Source: a virus (Duplodnaviria > Caudoviricetes). Taken from it: DNA of 53,374 bases. Shown piece after piece: positions 8,599-16,981 of this stretch. Each line of letters begins with the position of its first letter. The first letter of the stretch is position 1. The stretch is from positions 1-53,374 of IMG/VR virus record IMGVR_UViG_3300025296_003000; one strand, given 5' to 3'. The translations under genes were made by a program, and so were the position numbers. A model generated the notes under the pieces. That model searched no databases and was not told where the DNA came from. It saw only the letters and a list, made by a program, of their open reading frames with translations.

Positions 8599-10254
8599 TT
8601 AGAAGTTCCCTGCCAACTTTCGGCTCGCTCGGTCCAGATCGATATCACCAAGCCACTCGATCACCTTGAATTCATGCACACGGAAGTGCAGCGCCAGAAC
8701 CTCAATAATGTCGTCGTCACTCGGTCGCTTATTGGCCGACTCTGGAATGCTCCTGGAGGTTTGCGGGAATTCGATAGCAGGCTTTGGCGCTTCCGTAACT
8801 GGTTCAGGGTCGGCAGGCTTACGCTCAGCTGTTCCGGGCAAACTGGTCTGCGCTACAGCGTCAGCCTGGCGCTGCTGCTCACGCTCTTGGGCGGCTTTAC
8901 GATCAGCTTCTTCCTGCTCCTTGCGGCGTTGCTCAGCGGCTTTACGTTCGGCCAGCTCATCAATGCGCTTTTGCTCTGCAGCCTTGTGATCGTCTACGCG
9001 TTTATCGACCAGCAACTGCAGGTGATCGTGCGGCTTGTCCACCAGCTGCTGCTTGTCTGCGAACAGAAACTGATAATCCGGTCCGTAGTCATTGATGATC
9101 TTCAGCGACTCGCGGATATGGTCACGCTTTTCATTGAGAGCAATCTTGGCCTTGGCCAGCTCGTCATCGACGGCACCGCGCAGGCTTTCCAATGTTCGCT
9201 TATTCTTGATTGCTGCAGAGAAGTCAGGCGCCGCCACTTCGATGCGGACCGGATGGAATTCCTTGTTCGCCTCATTGAGCGCTGCCTGGTAGGCGTTGCG
9301 GCCCTTTGTCACCAGATCAGCACGAATCTGATCTTTACGTTCAGTGACGAGCTTGTTCAGCGCCAGACGCTTTTTGCGCATGGCTTCCTTGATGTCATCC
9401 AGCGACCGGAACAGCTCTTCGATGCTTGATGTCTGAGCAAGAGCGGCCTTTTTCACGACCTCGATTTCTTTCTCGGTTTTGTCGCAAAACTTGACGGCTT
9501 CCTCAGCGTTGGCGAAATCCTGATCGGTTTGCAGATCAGTGTTGATACCGTTGATGAAGTCCAGGGCTGCCGAGCGGAATACTGGCAGGTTGGATGATTG
9601 AACCTCTCCGACCAGACTGACGCGTAGGGCAGGGAATGAGTCAATCGGTTCTGCTTCAGGCTTGGCCGGGATCACTTCATGCTCGTAGCTCTCCAGGTCC
9701 TTTTCAAACTGCGCCCAGCCATTGATCAGATCGCGGCCCCTGCCTTCCACTGGCCGGTACTCCATGATCTCGCGCTTTTCACGCGTACCATCGGAAACTA
9801 CAAAGTAGATGAATTCGATATCGGGATTGACCAGTAATTGATGCTCAAGCTGCCAGTAATACTCAGGTGGCAATTCCTTTTGGCGCACAGCTTCAGCAAG
9901 CTGCTCGTTCCACAGCTTGTGCTCGAATCCGATATTCTCCAGCATGGTCAGACCATCGTAAGAGGCGGCGTAGTGGCCGCAATCAGATACACCTGATACT
10001 GGGTACATCTCTTCGCCAATATCTTCTTCGAGCAACGAGCGCGCCTGGGCCTCGGTTTCATGGCCTTTGTCAAAAAGCCGCTGAACAAAATCGCTGTATT
10101 CTCGATCGCCATAACCAGCCTTTGCCGCGAGCAATTCATTGCGGCGCATCTTGCTGCTGGCAGCCATCATGACAGGCGCCTCAGAGGCGTTAAAACGCAG
10201 CCGACGATTCGCCAGCCACTCGTCAGAACCTTGCAAAAAATTGGTGTGTTTCAT
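8599..10254 (-). CDS. YqaJ-like viral recombinase exonuclease with long coiled-coil C-terminus
   Basis: QGSDEWL..R...FNASEA, GH..E, ASYDG, FEHK, YYWQ..HQL. Confidence 0.92.
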   Translation of the reverse strand: MKHTNFLQGSDEWLANRRLRFNASEAPVMMAASSKMRRNELLAAKAGYGDREYSDFVQRLFDKGHETEAQARSLLEEDIGEEMYPVSGVSDCGHYAASYDGLTMLENIGFEHKLWNEQLAEAVRQKELPPEYYWQLEHQLLVNPDIEFIYFVVSDGTREKREIMEYRPVEGRGRDLINGWAQFEKDLESYEHEVIPAKPEAEPIDSFPALRVSLVGEVQSSNLPVFRSAALDFINGINTDLQTDQDFANAEEAVKFCDKTEKEIEVVKKAALAQTSSIEELFRSLDDIKEAMRKKRLALNKLVTERKDQIRADLVTKGRNAYQAALNEANKEFHPVRIEVAAPDFSAAIKNKRTLESLRGAVDDELAKAKIALNEKRDHIRESLKIINDYGPDYQFLFADKQQLVDKPHDHLQLLVDKRVDDHKAAEQKRIDELAERKAAEQRRKEQEEADRKAAQEREQQRQADAVAQTSLPGTAERKPADPEPVTEAPKPAIEFPQTSRSIPESANKRPSDDDIIEVLALHFRVHEFKVIEWLGDIDLDRASRKLAGNF

Positions 10255-11030
10255 TACGCTTGCGCTCCTTCAGTTTCGCCTACAGGGGTGAGGTCAAGAA
10301 TTGCCTGGCGCTGCCCTTCAGTCAGCACAGCCTTGCTGCTGATCGTGTCGATGATCTGCTGTGGTGATTTTTTGCCTGCCTCGATGTACTTCTGCCAAAC
10401 GGGGAAGTTCTTGTCGAAATCCTCGTCAGCATATAGCGGTAACTCGGTGCCTTTTTTCCCGCTCTGTTGCTGGCTTGAAGATTCGCGCGGGTTAAGTTCA
10501 ACCTCGTTTATGTCCATTATTTCCTCGACCATCTGCATGCCTCGCAGAACGTCCGTGAACAGGTCGCGCAAAAGGAATGCGCGGGCGCGCATTTGTCGCA
10601 TGCGCTTTTTGTACTGGGTCCATGGGCCTTGTTTTCCCAGCAGACCGGCTTCCTTTGCATCATCCATGCTGAACGTGCGCACTTCTTCCGGCTGGCCTTT
10701 GCGCTTGCCGCGAATCGTAGCTGTATGGCCGTCATCGGTTTCGGTGATGTACTCACACAGGGGAGAGGCGCGCACAAGAGCCATCAATGCGTCGCCCCAC
10801 ATAGCCGGACGACCGTTAATTACAGCAATATTCTGCAGCGATTGAAGTGGCTGCAAACCAACCTCATGCCCCCACTGAATCGCAATAAGGCAGTTGCCAG
10901 GCTTGCCTTTGTAGTCCTTGGGCACCAAGTCGGAATCAGCAAGCATTTCCGCGAAACGGACAGCTTGCTCGAAGTTTTGCGGGGCCAGTGAAAAACTCTC
11001 TTTCACTGCTACGTCGGTTTTATCGCTCAT
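10254..11030 (-). CDS. recT: RecT-like ssDNA annealing protein
   Basis: S.LVPK.Y.GKP.N...AIQWG.E.GL.P.Q..Q.IAVINGRP, W..Y..RM...RA; adjacent to YqaJ. Confidence 0.85.
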   Translation of the reverse strand: MSDKTDVAVKESFSLAPQNFEQAVRFAEMLADSDLVPKDYKGKPGNCLIAIQWGHEVGLQPLQSLQNIAVINGRPAMWGDALMALVRASPLCEYITETDDGHTATIRGKRKGQPEEVRTFSMDDAKEAGLLGKQGPWTQYKKRMRQMRARAFLLRDLFTDVLRGMQMVEEIMDINEVELNPRESSSQQQSGKKGTELPLYADEDFDKNFPVWQKYIEAGKKSPQQIIDTISSKAVLTEGQRQAILDLTPVGETEGAQA

Positions 11031-11053
11031 ACATTGATCCCTCATCATCGTGG

Positions 11054-11272
11054 TTAAACTATCGGTTTAAAGTCGCCGTCTGGCGCTGTTGCTTCTTTCA
11101 GGGTGCGATGCGCTACCGTCCCGGGCGGGAAGTAGTCGCGTCGGCGTGATCGATCAATGCGAGCTTGCTCGGCATCGATATCTGCCTGCAGCTGCCTCGC
11201 CATTGGATCTCTGTCATCGATCAGGTTCTGGTCAGTCCCAAAGATCGATTTGAATGCCTCATTCAGTCTCAT
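11054..11272 (-). CDS. Hypothetical protein (72 aa)
   Basis: ATG 11272 with GAGG SD. Confidence 0.6.
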   Translation of the reverse strand: MRLNEAFKSIFGTDQNLIDDRDPMARQLQADIDAEQARIDRSRRRDYFPPGTVAHRTLKEATAPDGDFKPIV

Positions 11273-11420
11273 GCTCGTTTCCCTCGGTGCCTGGGCAATC
11301 GCCTGGGTAATCTGGATCCTGCGGGTTCGGGTGTGCCAGAAATTTGCTGAGCCACTGGCTTTTGCGTCTGCGCTCAACAATTAGCTCTTCGTAGTCTGGG
11401 CAGTCAGTCGGATCAAACAT
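11259..11420 (-). CDS. Small protein not in the ORF track (53 aa, MFDPTDCPDYEEL...LAHPNPQDPDYPGDCP...)
   Basis: Manual translation; GGAGG SD; overlaps both neighbours and fills the operon gap. Confidence 0.65.
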   Translation of the reverse strand: MFDPTDCPDYEELIVERRRKSQWLSKFLAHPNPQDPDYPGDCPGTEGNEHETE

Positions 11421-11658
11421 GCTCAGAAACCTCCGGCAGCTCAGCCGGGCTCACTATCTGCTCGATCGCATCGATGGCCTCGCTCAACTCGGAGGCTTGG
11501 TAGCTATTCGCGGCCACGTGATTCGATACGCGCTTGAGTGCAGCCAGGGCAGGCTCCAGCGCCTCGATTACCTCATCCCGCTTAAAGATGTTCCCGTCTG
11601 CAGCTTCAACAAGCTGGCCAGGGGCATACATCGGGGTATGGATGCGGTATCGGTTCAT
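11413..11658 (-). CDS. Hypothetical protein (81 aa)
   Basis: ATGA-coupled start at 11658. Confidence 0.6.
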   Translation of the reverse strand: MNRYRIHTPMYAPGQLVEAADGNIFKRDEVIEALEPALAALKRVSNHVAANSYQASELSEAIDAIEQIVSPAELPEVSEHV

Positions 11659-11768
11659 GACACCCACCAGATACCGAGCGCCACACCAATCAGGATGCAA
11701 AGCAGATCCCCCAGGGTTCGATTGAGGGCTTTTTGTGCGGGTGAAGGCTCTTGGTTTCTGTTGATCAT
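11655..11768 (-). CDS. 37-aa single-transmembrane peptide, first gene after PL (not in ORF track)
   Basis: MINRNQEPSPAQKALNRTLGDLLCILIGVALGIWWVS; AGGT SD; ATGA overlap with next gene. Confidence 0.65.
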   Translation of the reverse strand: MINRNQEPSPAQKALNRTLGDLLCILIGVALGIWWVS

Positions 11769-11852
11769 TTCGGCTTACCTAATCAATCATCGATGGCGAA
11801 AGATTAGGCCAACCTAATTTAACTGTCAACAAAAAAATTAGGCATAGCTAAT
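11768..11852 (-). promoter_or_regulatory. PL promoter with three OL operators
   Basis: -35 TTGACA (11829-11824), 17 bp, -10 TAATCT (11806-11801); operators TTTCGGCTTACCTAAT 11768-83, ATTAGGCCAACCTAAT 11803-18, ATTAGGCATAGCTAAT 11837-52. Confidence 0.88.
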
Positions 11853-11879
11853 ATTGTTTTATTTGAGGGGATTTTGGGC

Positions 11880-11905
11880 AAAAAAAGCCCGGCTTGAGCC
11901 GGGCT
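11880..11905 (-). terminator. Intrinsic terminator downstream of cI
   Basis: Minus strand AGCCCGGC-TCAA-GCCGGGCT followed by a T run. Confidence 0.85.
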
Positions 11906-12002
11906 ATAAATATCGCTTCCTGCTGGTGTTTTAATGGTTATAGCAGATGGCTGAATGACTTGCTGCAGGGGAGGGTATCTAACGTGTATATAACCGGCAC
12001 GC

Positions 12003-12659
12003 TTATTCGGGGAGGAAGGAGCCGAATACCGGCCCGATAATCTGCACTCCATCGTCTACGTCGATTTTGTCAAACATGGGGTTGATCGGCTTGAGATATT
12101 TGCGGCCGCTATCCTCAACATATTGTTTGAACGTGCATTCACCCCTGACAAGAGCCACGACTCGACCGCCGTTTTTAAGGGGTCTATCCGGGTCAACGTA
12201 GATGATAGTGCCCACCGGATAGGATCGCTGGCCGGGGTAGGAGGCAACCATAGACTCATTGTTTACGCGCAATGCGAACGCATCAAGGCCTACCTCGCCG
12301 ACTGGCGGCATCCAAAGCTCGACCTCTTCTGGATCGATGGTTCTTGTGCCAGAAAAGTAGCTCGCGGCTCCTGACCAGGAAAAAAGTGGGATCTTTCTGA
12401 TGTACGTTCCCGGCTGGGCGATCGTTTCCCGCACCCCACTGACGGGACGCATATCACCAAGTCCGGTAAGAAGCCAGGTTGTGTTGATACCCAAGTGTCG
12501 GCACAGTTTTTCGGCATTATTCGCACTGATAGTTGCGATATTTCCCTTCGTCCAGTCCGTTACGGTGGGTGCGGATACCCCAATACGCTTTGCCAGCGCT
12601 GCTTTCGTCAGCCCGGACTCTTTGAGCGCTATATTCAGCCGTTCATGCCATGTTTTCAT
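12003..12659 (-). CDS. cI: CI repressor (HTH + S24 peptidase), 218 aa
   Basis: N-term HTH; FALRV..ESM (catalytic Ser), TFKQY (Lys), LKPINP; divergent from cro; the 298-aa track ORF is over-extended. Confidence 0.93.
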   Translation of the reverse strand: MKTWHERLNIALKESGLTKAALAKRIGVSAPTVTDWTKGNIATISANNAEKLCRHLGINTTWLLTGLGDMRPVSGVRETIAQPGTYIRKIPLFSWSGAASYFSGTRTIDPEEVELWMPPVGEVGLDAFALRVNNESMVASYPGQRSYPVGTIIYVDPDRPLKNGGRVVALVRGECTFKQYVEDSGRKYLKPINPMFDKIDVDDGVQIIGPVFGSFLPE

Positions 12660-12725
12660 ATTAGGCAATCCTAACAGTTTATTTGTTAGGCCAGCCTTGA
12701 CATGAAAATTAGGTCCGCCTAATAT
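12660..12725. promoter_or_regulatory. OR operators, PR and probable PRM
   Basis: ATTAGGCAATCCTAAC 12660-75, GTTAGGCCAGCCTTGA 12685-700, ATTAGGTCCGCCTAAT 12708-23; PR TTGACA 12697-702 + 17 bp + TAATAT 12720-25; minus-strand extended -10 TGTTAGGAT 8 nt before the cI ATG. Confidence 0.88.
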
Positions 12726-12750
12726 CGCGGAAACATTAGGAGTTCTACAC

Positions 12751-12957
12751 ATGACTGATTCTGAAGCTATAGACGCTCTGGGCGGTACAACCTTTGTGGC
12801 TGAGGTACTCAAGATTAAGCCGCCCTCCGTTTCGGGCTGGCGGGAGAACGGCATCCCCACTGGACGAAAACAGACGCTGGCATTGTTGTTCCCCGACAAA
12901 GTTCCTCAGAGCTGGAAAGAGCTGTTGCCTACTGACCCCAAGCCAGTAGCCGCTTGA
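12751..12957 (+). CDS. cro: Cro-like repressor
   Basis: IDALGG...VA..L.I.PPSVSGWR..GIP; AGGAG SD; divergent from cI. Confidence 0.85.
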   Translation: MTDSEAIDALGGTTFVAEVLKIKPPSVSGWRENGIPTGRKQTLALLFPDKVPQSWKELLPTDPKPVAA

Positions 12958-13021
12958 TACCAGTAAACCCTGTTGGGCGCTATCGGACAACAAATCCACG
13001 AAGGAACGCGAGGGAAAGAGT

Positions 13022-13435
13022 ATGCAGACAGATTTCAAAAGCCGGGCGATCGCATCACTTGAGTGCTTCCGCGAGGAATTCACAACCAAGGAATTGGCGC
13101 TTGAGTTGTATTCGATTTACGGGCTTGGAAGCCCGGTGCAGACCTGGATTGCCCATATCGCTGCGTGTTTTAACCCCAATAAGCCCGAGTTTTTTACATG
13201 GTGCGATATTGTGAATCTTTGTCGGATCACAGGTAGGTGGGAACCAATAAATTTCACCTGCGACGAGCTTGGACTGGTACATCCCACGCCGATCGATAAC
13301 ACCGCAAAAATTGCCCAGCTTCAAGCCCACCTGAAACACCTTCATAGCGAAAGACAGAGAACTGAGCAGGAGCTGGACCGGCTCTTGACGGGCGAGCAGC
13401 AGGATCAGGGCGCTCGTTTCATAAGAAGCGTTTAA
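13022..13435 (+). CDS. CII-like regulatory protein
   Basis: Position after cro; FNPNKPEFF...IV.L...TG pattern; C-terminal coiled coil. Confidence 0.55.
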   Translation: MQTDFKSRAIASLECFREEFTTKELALELYSIYGLGSPVQTWIAHIAACFNPNKPEFFTWCDIVNLCRITGRWEPINFTCDELGLVHPTPIDNTAKIAQLQAHLKHLHSERQRTEQELDRLLTGEQQDQGARFIRSV

Positions 13436-13445
13436 CGGAGGACGT

Positions 13446-13622
13446 ATGCGAGTAGAGCAACAGGTAAAACCGATTCAAACGGCCATACACACTCATGATT
13501 TATGTGAGCGCTGCGCACGCGAGATTCCATCAGCCTTCCAGATCGCCCACCCAGGCACTGATATTTGCGACTACTGCGCGGCGATTCATATCGGCGCTGA
13601 CTTCGACGAGGAAGAGCGGTAG
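13446..13622 (+). CDS. TraR/DksA-type C4 zinc-finger protein (58 aa; not in ORF track)
   Basis: CERC.REIP......PG...CDYC; GGAGG SD. Confidence 0.7.
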   Translation: MRVEQQVKPIQTAIHTHDLCERCAREIPSAFQIAHPGTDICDYCAAIHIGADFDEEER

Positions 13623-14590
13623 TGCATTACTACAACCGTAATCTGGGTGACTACGCCAAAAAAGCTGGGCGACTGTCCATGTTACAGCACGGTGCGTACA
13701 CGCTCCTGCTAGATGCGTGCTACGACCGTGAACGATTCCCCACGGAAAGTGAAGCTATCGAATGGACGTGGGCCAGCACCCCAGAAGAAGAGCAGGCTGT
13801 CAGATTTGTATTGAGCAGGTTTTTCGAGAAGCAAACTGACGGAACCTACGTGCAATCGCGGGTTGCGGATGAATTATTCCTGTTCAAGATCGGCGGCATT
13901 CAGAACCGACTAATCGCCCTCGCACGAGAAGCAAGGAAGCAAAAGCGTGATGAGCATGCGAAAGAGTGCGACCAACTGCGTGAGCAAATCAAGCACGACC
14001 CGTTTACAAAAACGCACGAAGCGTGGTCTAGCGTGGTCGATGCGTTGATAGAAACGCACGAACGTACACCTAACCAAGAACCAATAACCAATAACCAAGA
14101 ACCAAGAACCAATAGTAATAATACTAATGGTTCATCCGGCAAGCCGGACAAACCACCATCGAAACTCGAAAAGCAATTCGAGGCTATCTGGCAAGCCTAC
14201 CCAAAACGGGAAGGCTCCAACCCTAAGAACAAAGCATTTTCCGCATTCAAAGCCCGCGTTGCTGAAGGCGTGGATCCTGCTGCAATGGCTGCAGGCTTGG
14301 ATCGCTATCTGCGTTACTGCCAAGCGCGTGGATCCATTGGTACTGAATTTGTCATGCAGGCAGTGAGATTTTTCGGGAAAAGCAAAGAGTTTGAAAACGA
14401 CTGGATGATTACGGAGAAAGACCATGCGAACAGCAGCAGACCTGGTAACGCCGATACGCGAAGCGTCACAGAGCAATCGACCGTTGGCAGGGCTCACGCA
14501 GCTTCAGAGCGTAGACGCCAGGACATCCTCGAAAAGTACAGCCATGGAGCAGGAACTGGCCATGGTGGACCTATGGGACCGCATGGGTGA
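13622..14590 (+). CDS. Replication initiator (O-like, YdaU/DUF1376 N-terminus)
   Basis: MHYY..N.GDY.....LS.LQHGAY.LLLD.CY; F..IW.AYPKR C-terminal domain; internal repeats. Confidence 0.85.
   Translation: MHYYNRNLGDYAKKAGRLSMLQHGAYTLLLDACYDRERFPTESEAIEWTWASTPEEEQAVRFVLSRFFEKQTDGTYVQSRVADELFLFKIGGIQNRLIALAREARKQKRDEHAKECDQLREQIKHDPFTKTHEAWSSVVDALIETHERTPNQEPITNNQEPRTNSNNTNGSSGKPDKPPSKLEKQFEAIWQAYPKREGSNPKNKAFSAFKARVAEGVDPAAMAAGLDRYLRYCQARGSIGTEFVMQAVRFFGKSKEFENDWMITEKDHANSSRPGNADTRSVTEQSTVGRAHAASERRRQDILEKYSHGAGTGHGGPMGPHG
14010..14113. repeat. Probable replication origin: two AAACGCACGAA repeats and six tandem AACCAA(G/T) 7-mers
   Basis: 14010-20 and 14052-62; 7-mers span 14072-14113; inside the initiator gene as in lambdoid origins. 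Confidence 0.7.
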
Positions 14591-15110
14591 ACTGTTTGGA
14601 GCGAAATGGCTGAAGCAATTCGGCGACACGGATAGTCCAGCATTCGATACATGGTCCCGGTTCCTGAGTGACCTGAGCGCAGAGCAGATCAAGCGCGGGT
14701 TCGTAAACATGCTGCGATCGTTTCAGGAGGGTAAGCCGCGGTACTTGCCTGACGCGACCGAATTCAGAGATTTTTGCATTGACCTTCGATCGTATGGTTT
14801 ACCCGCAGTAAACGCCGCCTACCGGGAGGCCTGCTTAGCACCATCGCCAAAGCATAAACACAAGTGGAGTCATCCAGCCGTGTTTCATGCAGGCGTAGCA
14901 ACAGGCTGGTTTGAACTACATTCTTTCCCGACTGATCAGATTTTCCCAGTGTTTGAGCGGAACTATTCGGAGCTTTGCCGGCGCGTACTGTCTGGTGAGG
15001 ACATAACTGTGCCAGTGCCGAAAGCGCTGCCAGAGACTGTCAGTGTGGTTTTAACACCAGAACAGAACCAAGAGCGCATGGCATCACTACGGGAGAGCTT
15101 GGGGGTATGA
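14424..15110 (+). CDS. Replication protein P-like (helicase loader)
   Basis: LP....AY.EAC....WSHPAV..A...TGWFEL, F..NY..LC.R...GE; follows O; start uncertain. Confidence 0.75.
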   Translation: MRTAADLVTPIREASQSNRPLAGLTQLQSVDARTSSKSTAMEQELAMVDLWDRMGELFGAKWLKQFGDTDSPAFDTWSRFLSDLSAEQIKRGFVNMLRSFQEGKPRYLPDATEFRDFCIDLRSYGLPAVNAAYREACLAPSPKHKHKWSHPAVFHAGVATGWFELHSFPTDQIFPVFERNYSELCRRVLSGEDITVPVPKALPETVSVVLTPEQNQERMASLRESLGV

Positions 15111-15274
15111 CAATTCAGGAAGTAACCAATCGAGCAATCCAGCGCTGGGAGTCTGAAAAACGGATTCCGTTGCCGGAAGTAGAGCTGATCAGCGCCGACC
15201 GCCTGGATACACCGCCCACTGGTGAGCGCGTCGCCGATCGCTGGAATATCAACCATGGAGGCATTGCTGGCTGA
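15107..15274 (+). CDS. Small hypothetical protein (55 aa; not in ORF track)
   Basis: ATGA and TGATG overlaps with both neighbours. Confidence 0.55.
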   Translation: MTIQEVTNRAIQRWESEKRIPLPEVELISADRLDTPPTGERVADRWNINHGGIAG

Positions 15275-16227
15275 TGGATTACGAATTGCACATAGGCGAC
15301 TGCATTGAGTCCATGAAAAAAATGGATGATCAATCTGTCCATTGCTGTGTAACTTCGCCGCCGTACTTCGGGTTGCGTGATTACGGAGTGGATGGCCAGA
15401 TCGGTCTTGAGACAACGCCTGACGAATTTGTGCAGGCGCTCATGGCCGTTTTTCGCGAGGTGCGGCGAGTGCTTCGCGATGACGGGACGCTTTGGCTGAA
15501 TCTGGGGGATAGCTACGCCAGGACTGGCGGAACGGACCGCAAGGTATCAGCCACTGCCGCCGTGGGCAGCACCCGCCGCACCATACAGCAAATGAGTGAC
15601 CGGACCCGTCGAGCACCTAGCGGTCTGAAGGATAAAGACCTGATCGGCATCCCATGGCGCGTCGCCTTCGCGTTGCAGGCAGACGGCTGGTATCTACGCC
15701 AGGACATCATCTGGAATAAACCAAACCCGATGCCTGAGAGCGTTCGTGACCGCTGCACCAAATCCCATGAGTATATTTTTTTACTGAGCAAGAGCGCCCA
15801 ATACTACTACGACATTGAGGCTGTGAAAGAGCCTGTTGCCCCCAGCACCGTCGACAGGCTAGCTCAGCCCAATTACGAGAGCCAGATTGGTAGCTCTCGT
15901 GTGCCAGGTAAAACCAATGGAAACATGAAGGCGGTCGGAGGCGCAGAGAACCGTAATCGCCGAAGTGTCTGGACCATCCCTACGCGACCATACAAGGGCT
16001 CTCACTTTGCCACGTTCCCCCCTAATCTGATAGAGCCGTGCATATTGGCTGGATGCCCAATTGGTGGAACCGTCCTCGACCCGTTTGGTGGTAGTGGAAC
16101 AACTGCAGGCGTCGCTATATCGCTCGGGCGAAAAGCTGTGTTGTGTGAATTGAACCCTGAATACGCAAGGCTCACAAAAGATCGAGTGGCAGATATCGCA
16201 GGTTCTTCTTTGAGGTTGGCGATCTGA
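15274..16227 (+). CDS. Orphan beta-class DNA amino-methyltransferase (probably N4-cytosine)
   Basis: TSPPY before DPFGGSGTT; IIW.KPNPMPES, HFATFP. Confidence 0.93.
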   Translation: MDYELHIGDCIESMKKMDDQSVHCCVTSPPYFGLRDYGVDGQIGLETTPDEFVQALMAVFREVRRVLRDDGTLWLNLGDSYARTGGTDRKVSATAAVGSTRRTIQQMSDRTRRAPSGLKDKDLIGIPWRVAFALQADGWYLRQDIIWNKPNPMPESVRDRCTKSHEYIFLLSKSAQYYYDIEAVKEPVAPSTVDRLAQPNYESQIGSSRVPGKTNGNMKAVGGAENRNRRSVWTIPTRPYKGSHFATFPPNLIEPCILAGCPIGGTVLDPFGGSGTTAGVAISLGRKAVLCELNPEYARLTKDRVADIAGSSLRLAI

Positions 16228-16712
16228 TGGCCGAAATGCTGCTCAAAAAGTGCGGCGGGATGTACGCGCCCTACGGTGACAAATCCAAGCAGGCATTCAG
16301 GAAAGTGCCGCTCGGTCAGGTCATGCGCTGCGAAGTCAAAGCAGAGGCAACTGGCACCGTACCAATGCTTCGTACATGGCGTGGCTGGATGAATGAGACT
16401 GCCAGGCACATGGCCCACATGGGATGCACGATGCCGCTTTACATCGATAGCCAGGGCAACCCTCGCGGCAGTCGGCCCTTTAACGCTGACGACGCACATG
16501 AGCTTTTCACGATCAAGTGGCTCGGTGTTGATGAGGATGGCCGGCGCTACAGCTGGTCAATAAGTCAAAACCCCGACGTTACCCTCGCGCCGAAATCGAA
16601 ACGGCTTTACGCAATGGATAAGCACGCGCAGTGGTGCGCGGAGCGGGGAATCAAGATCACCATCCCCCGCACTGGTGAATACGCTGATGGCATGCGGGAG
16701 CAGGAGCAGTAA
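16227..16712 (+). CDS. NinB/YbcN-like recombination accessory protein
   Basis: nin position; W.GWM..., HE.F...WLG, W..ERGI.I.IP..GEY. Confidence 0.55.
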   Translation: MAEMLLKKCGGMYAPYGDKSKQAFRKVPLGQVMRCEVKAEATGTVPMLRTWRGWMNETARHMAHMGCTMPLYIDSQGNPRGSRPFNADDAHELFTIKWLGVDEDGRRYSWSISQNPDVTLAPKSKRLYAMDKHAQWCAERGIKITIPRTGEYADGMREQEQ

Positions 16713-16981
16713 TGCAGAGCAAAAACAAACCAGCACCCACCATGGCCGAGCGCGACCACATTGAACGGGTCAAGAATCTTCCCTGCAGCGTATGCGACGC
16801 GGCTGGGCCCAGTGAGTGCCATGAAATCAAGCAGGGACAGTGGTTCACCAGTATTGCGCTTTGCGGCAGCTGCCACCGGGATTCATTCAATGGACTGCAC
16901 GGGCAGATGCGGATGTGGAAGATCATGAAAATGGATGAGTTGGATGCTTTGGCGGTAACAATCGAGAGGCTCGTGGCATGA
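16712..16981 (+). CDS. Ref/DUF968-like small HNH-type zinc protein
   Basis: V..LPC.VC.....ECHEI....IALC..CH....GLH. Confidence 0.65.
   Translation: MQSKNKPAPTMAERDHIERVKNLPCSVCDAAGPSECHEIKQGQWFTSIALCGSCHRDSFNGLHGQMRMWKIMKMDELDALAVTIERLVA

Noticed and set aside
8674-9429. 251-aa plus-strand ORF
   Set aside because: Antisense shadow of the YqaJ coiled coil; no recognisable motif
12660-12899. N-terminal extension of CI in the ORF track
   Set aside because: Runs through the operators and antisense to cro; the HTH starts at ATG 12659
14072-14113. Tandem repeats as a CRISPR array
   Set aside because: 7-mers without spacers; fits an origin/linker. No CRISPR array or cas gene seen in the window
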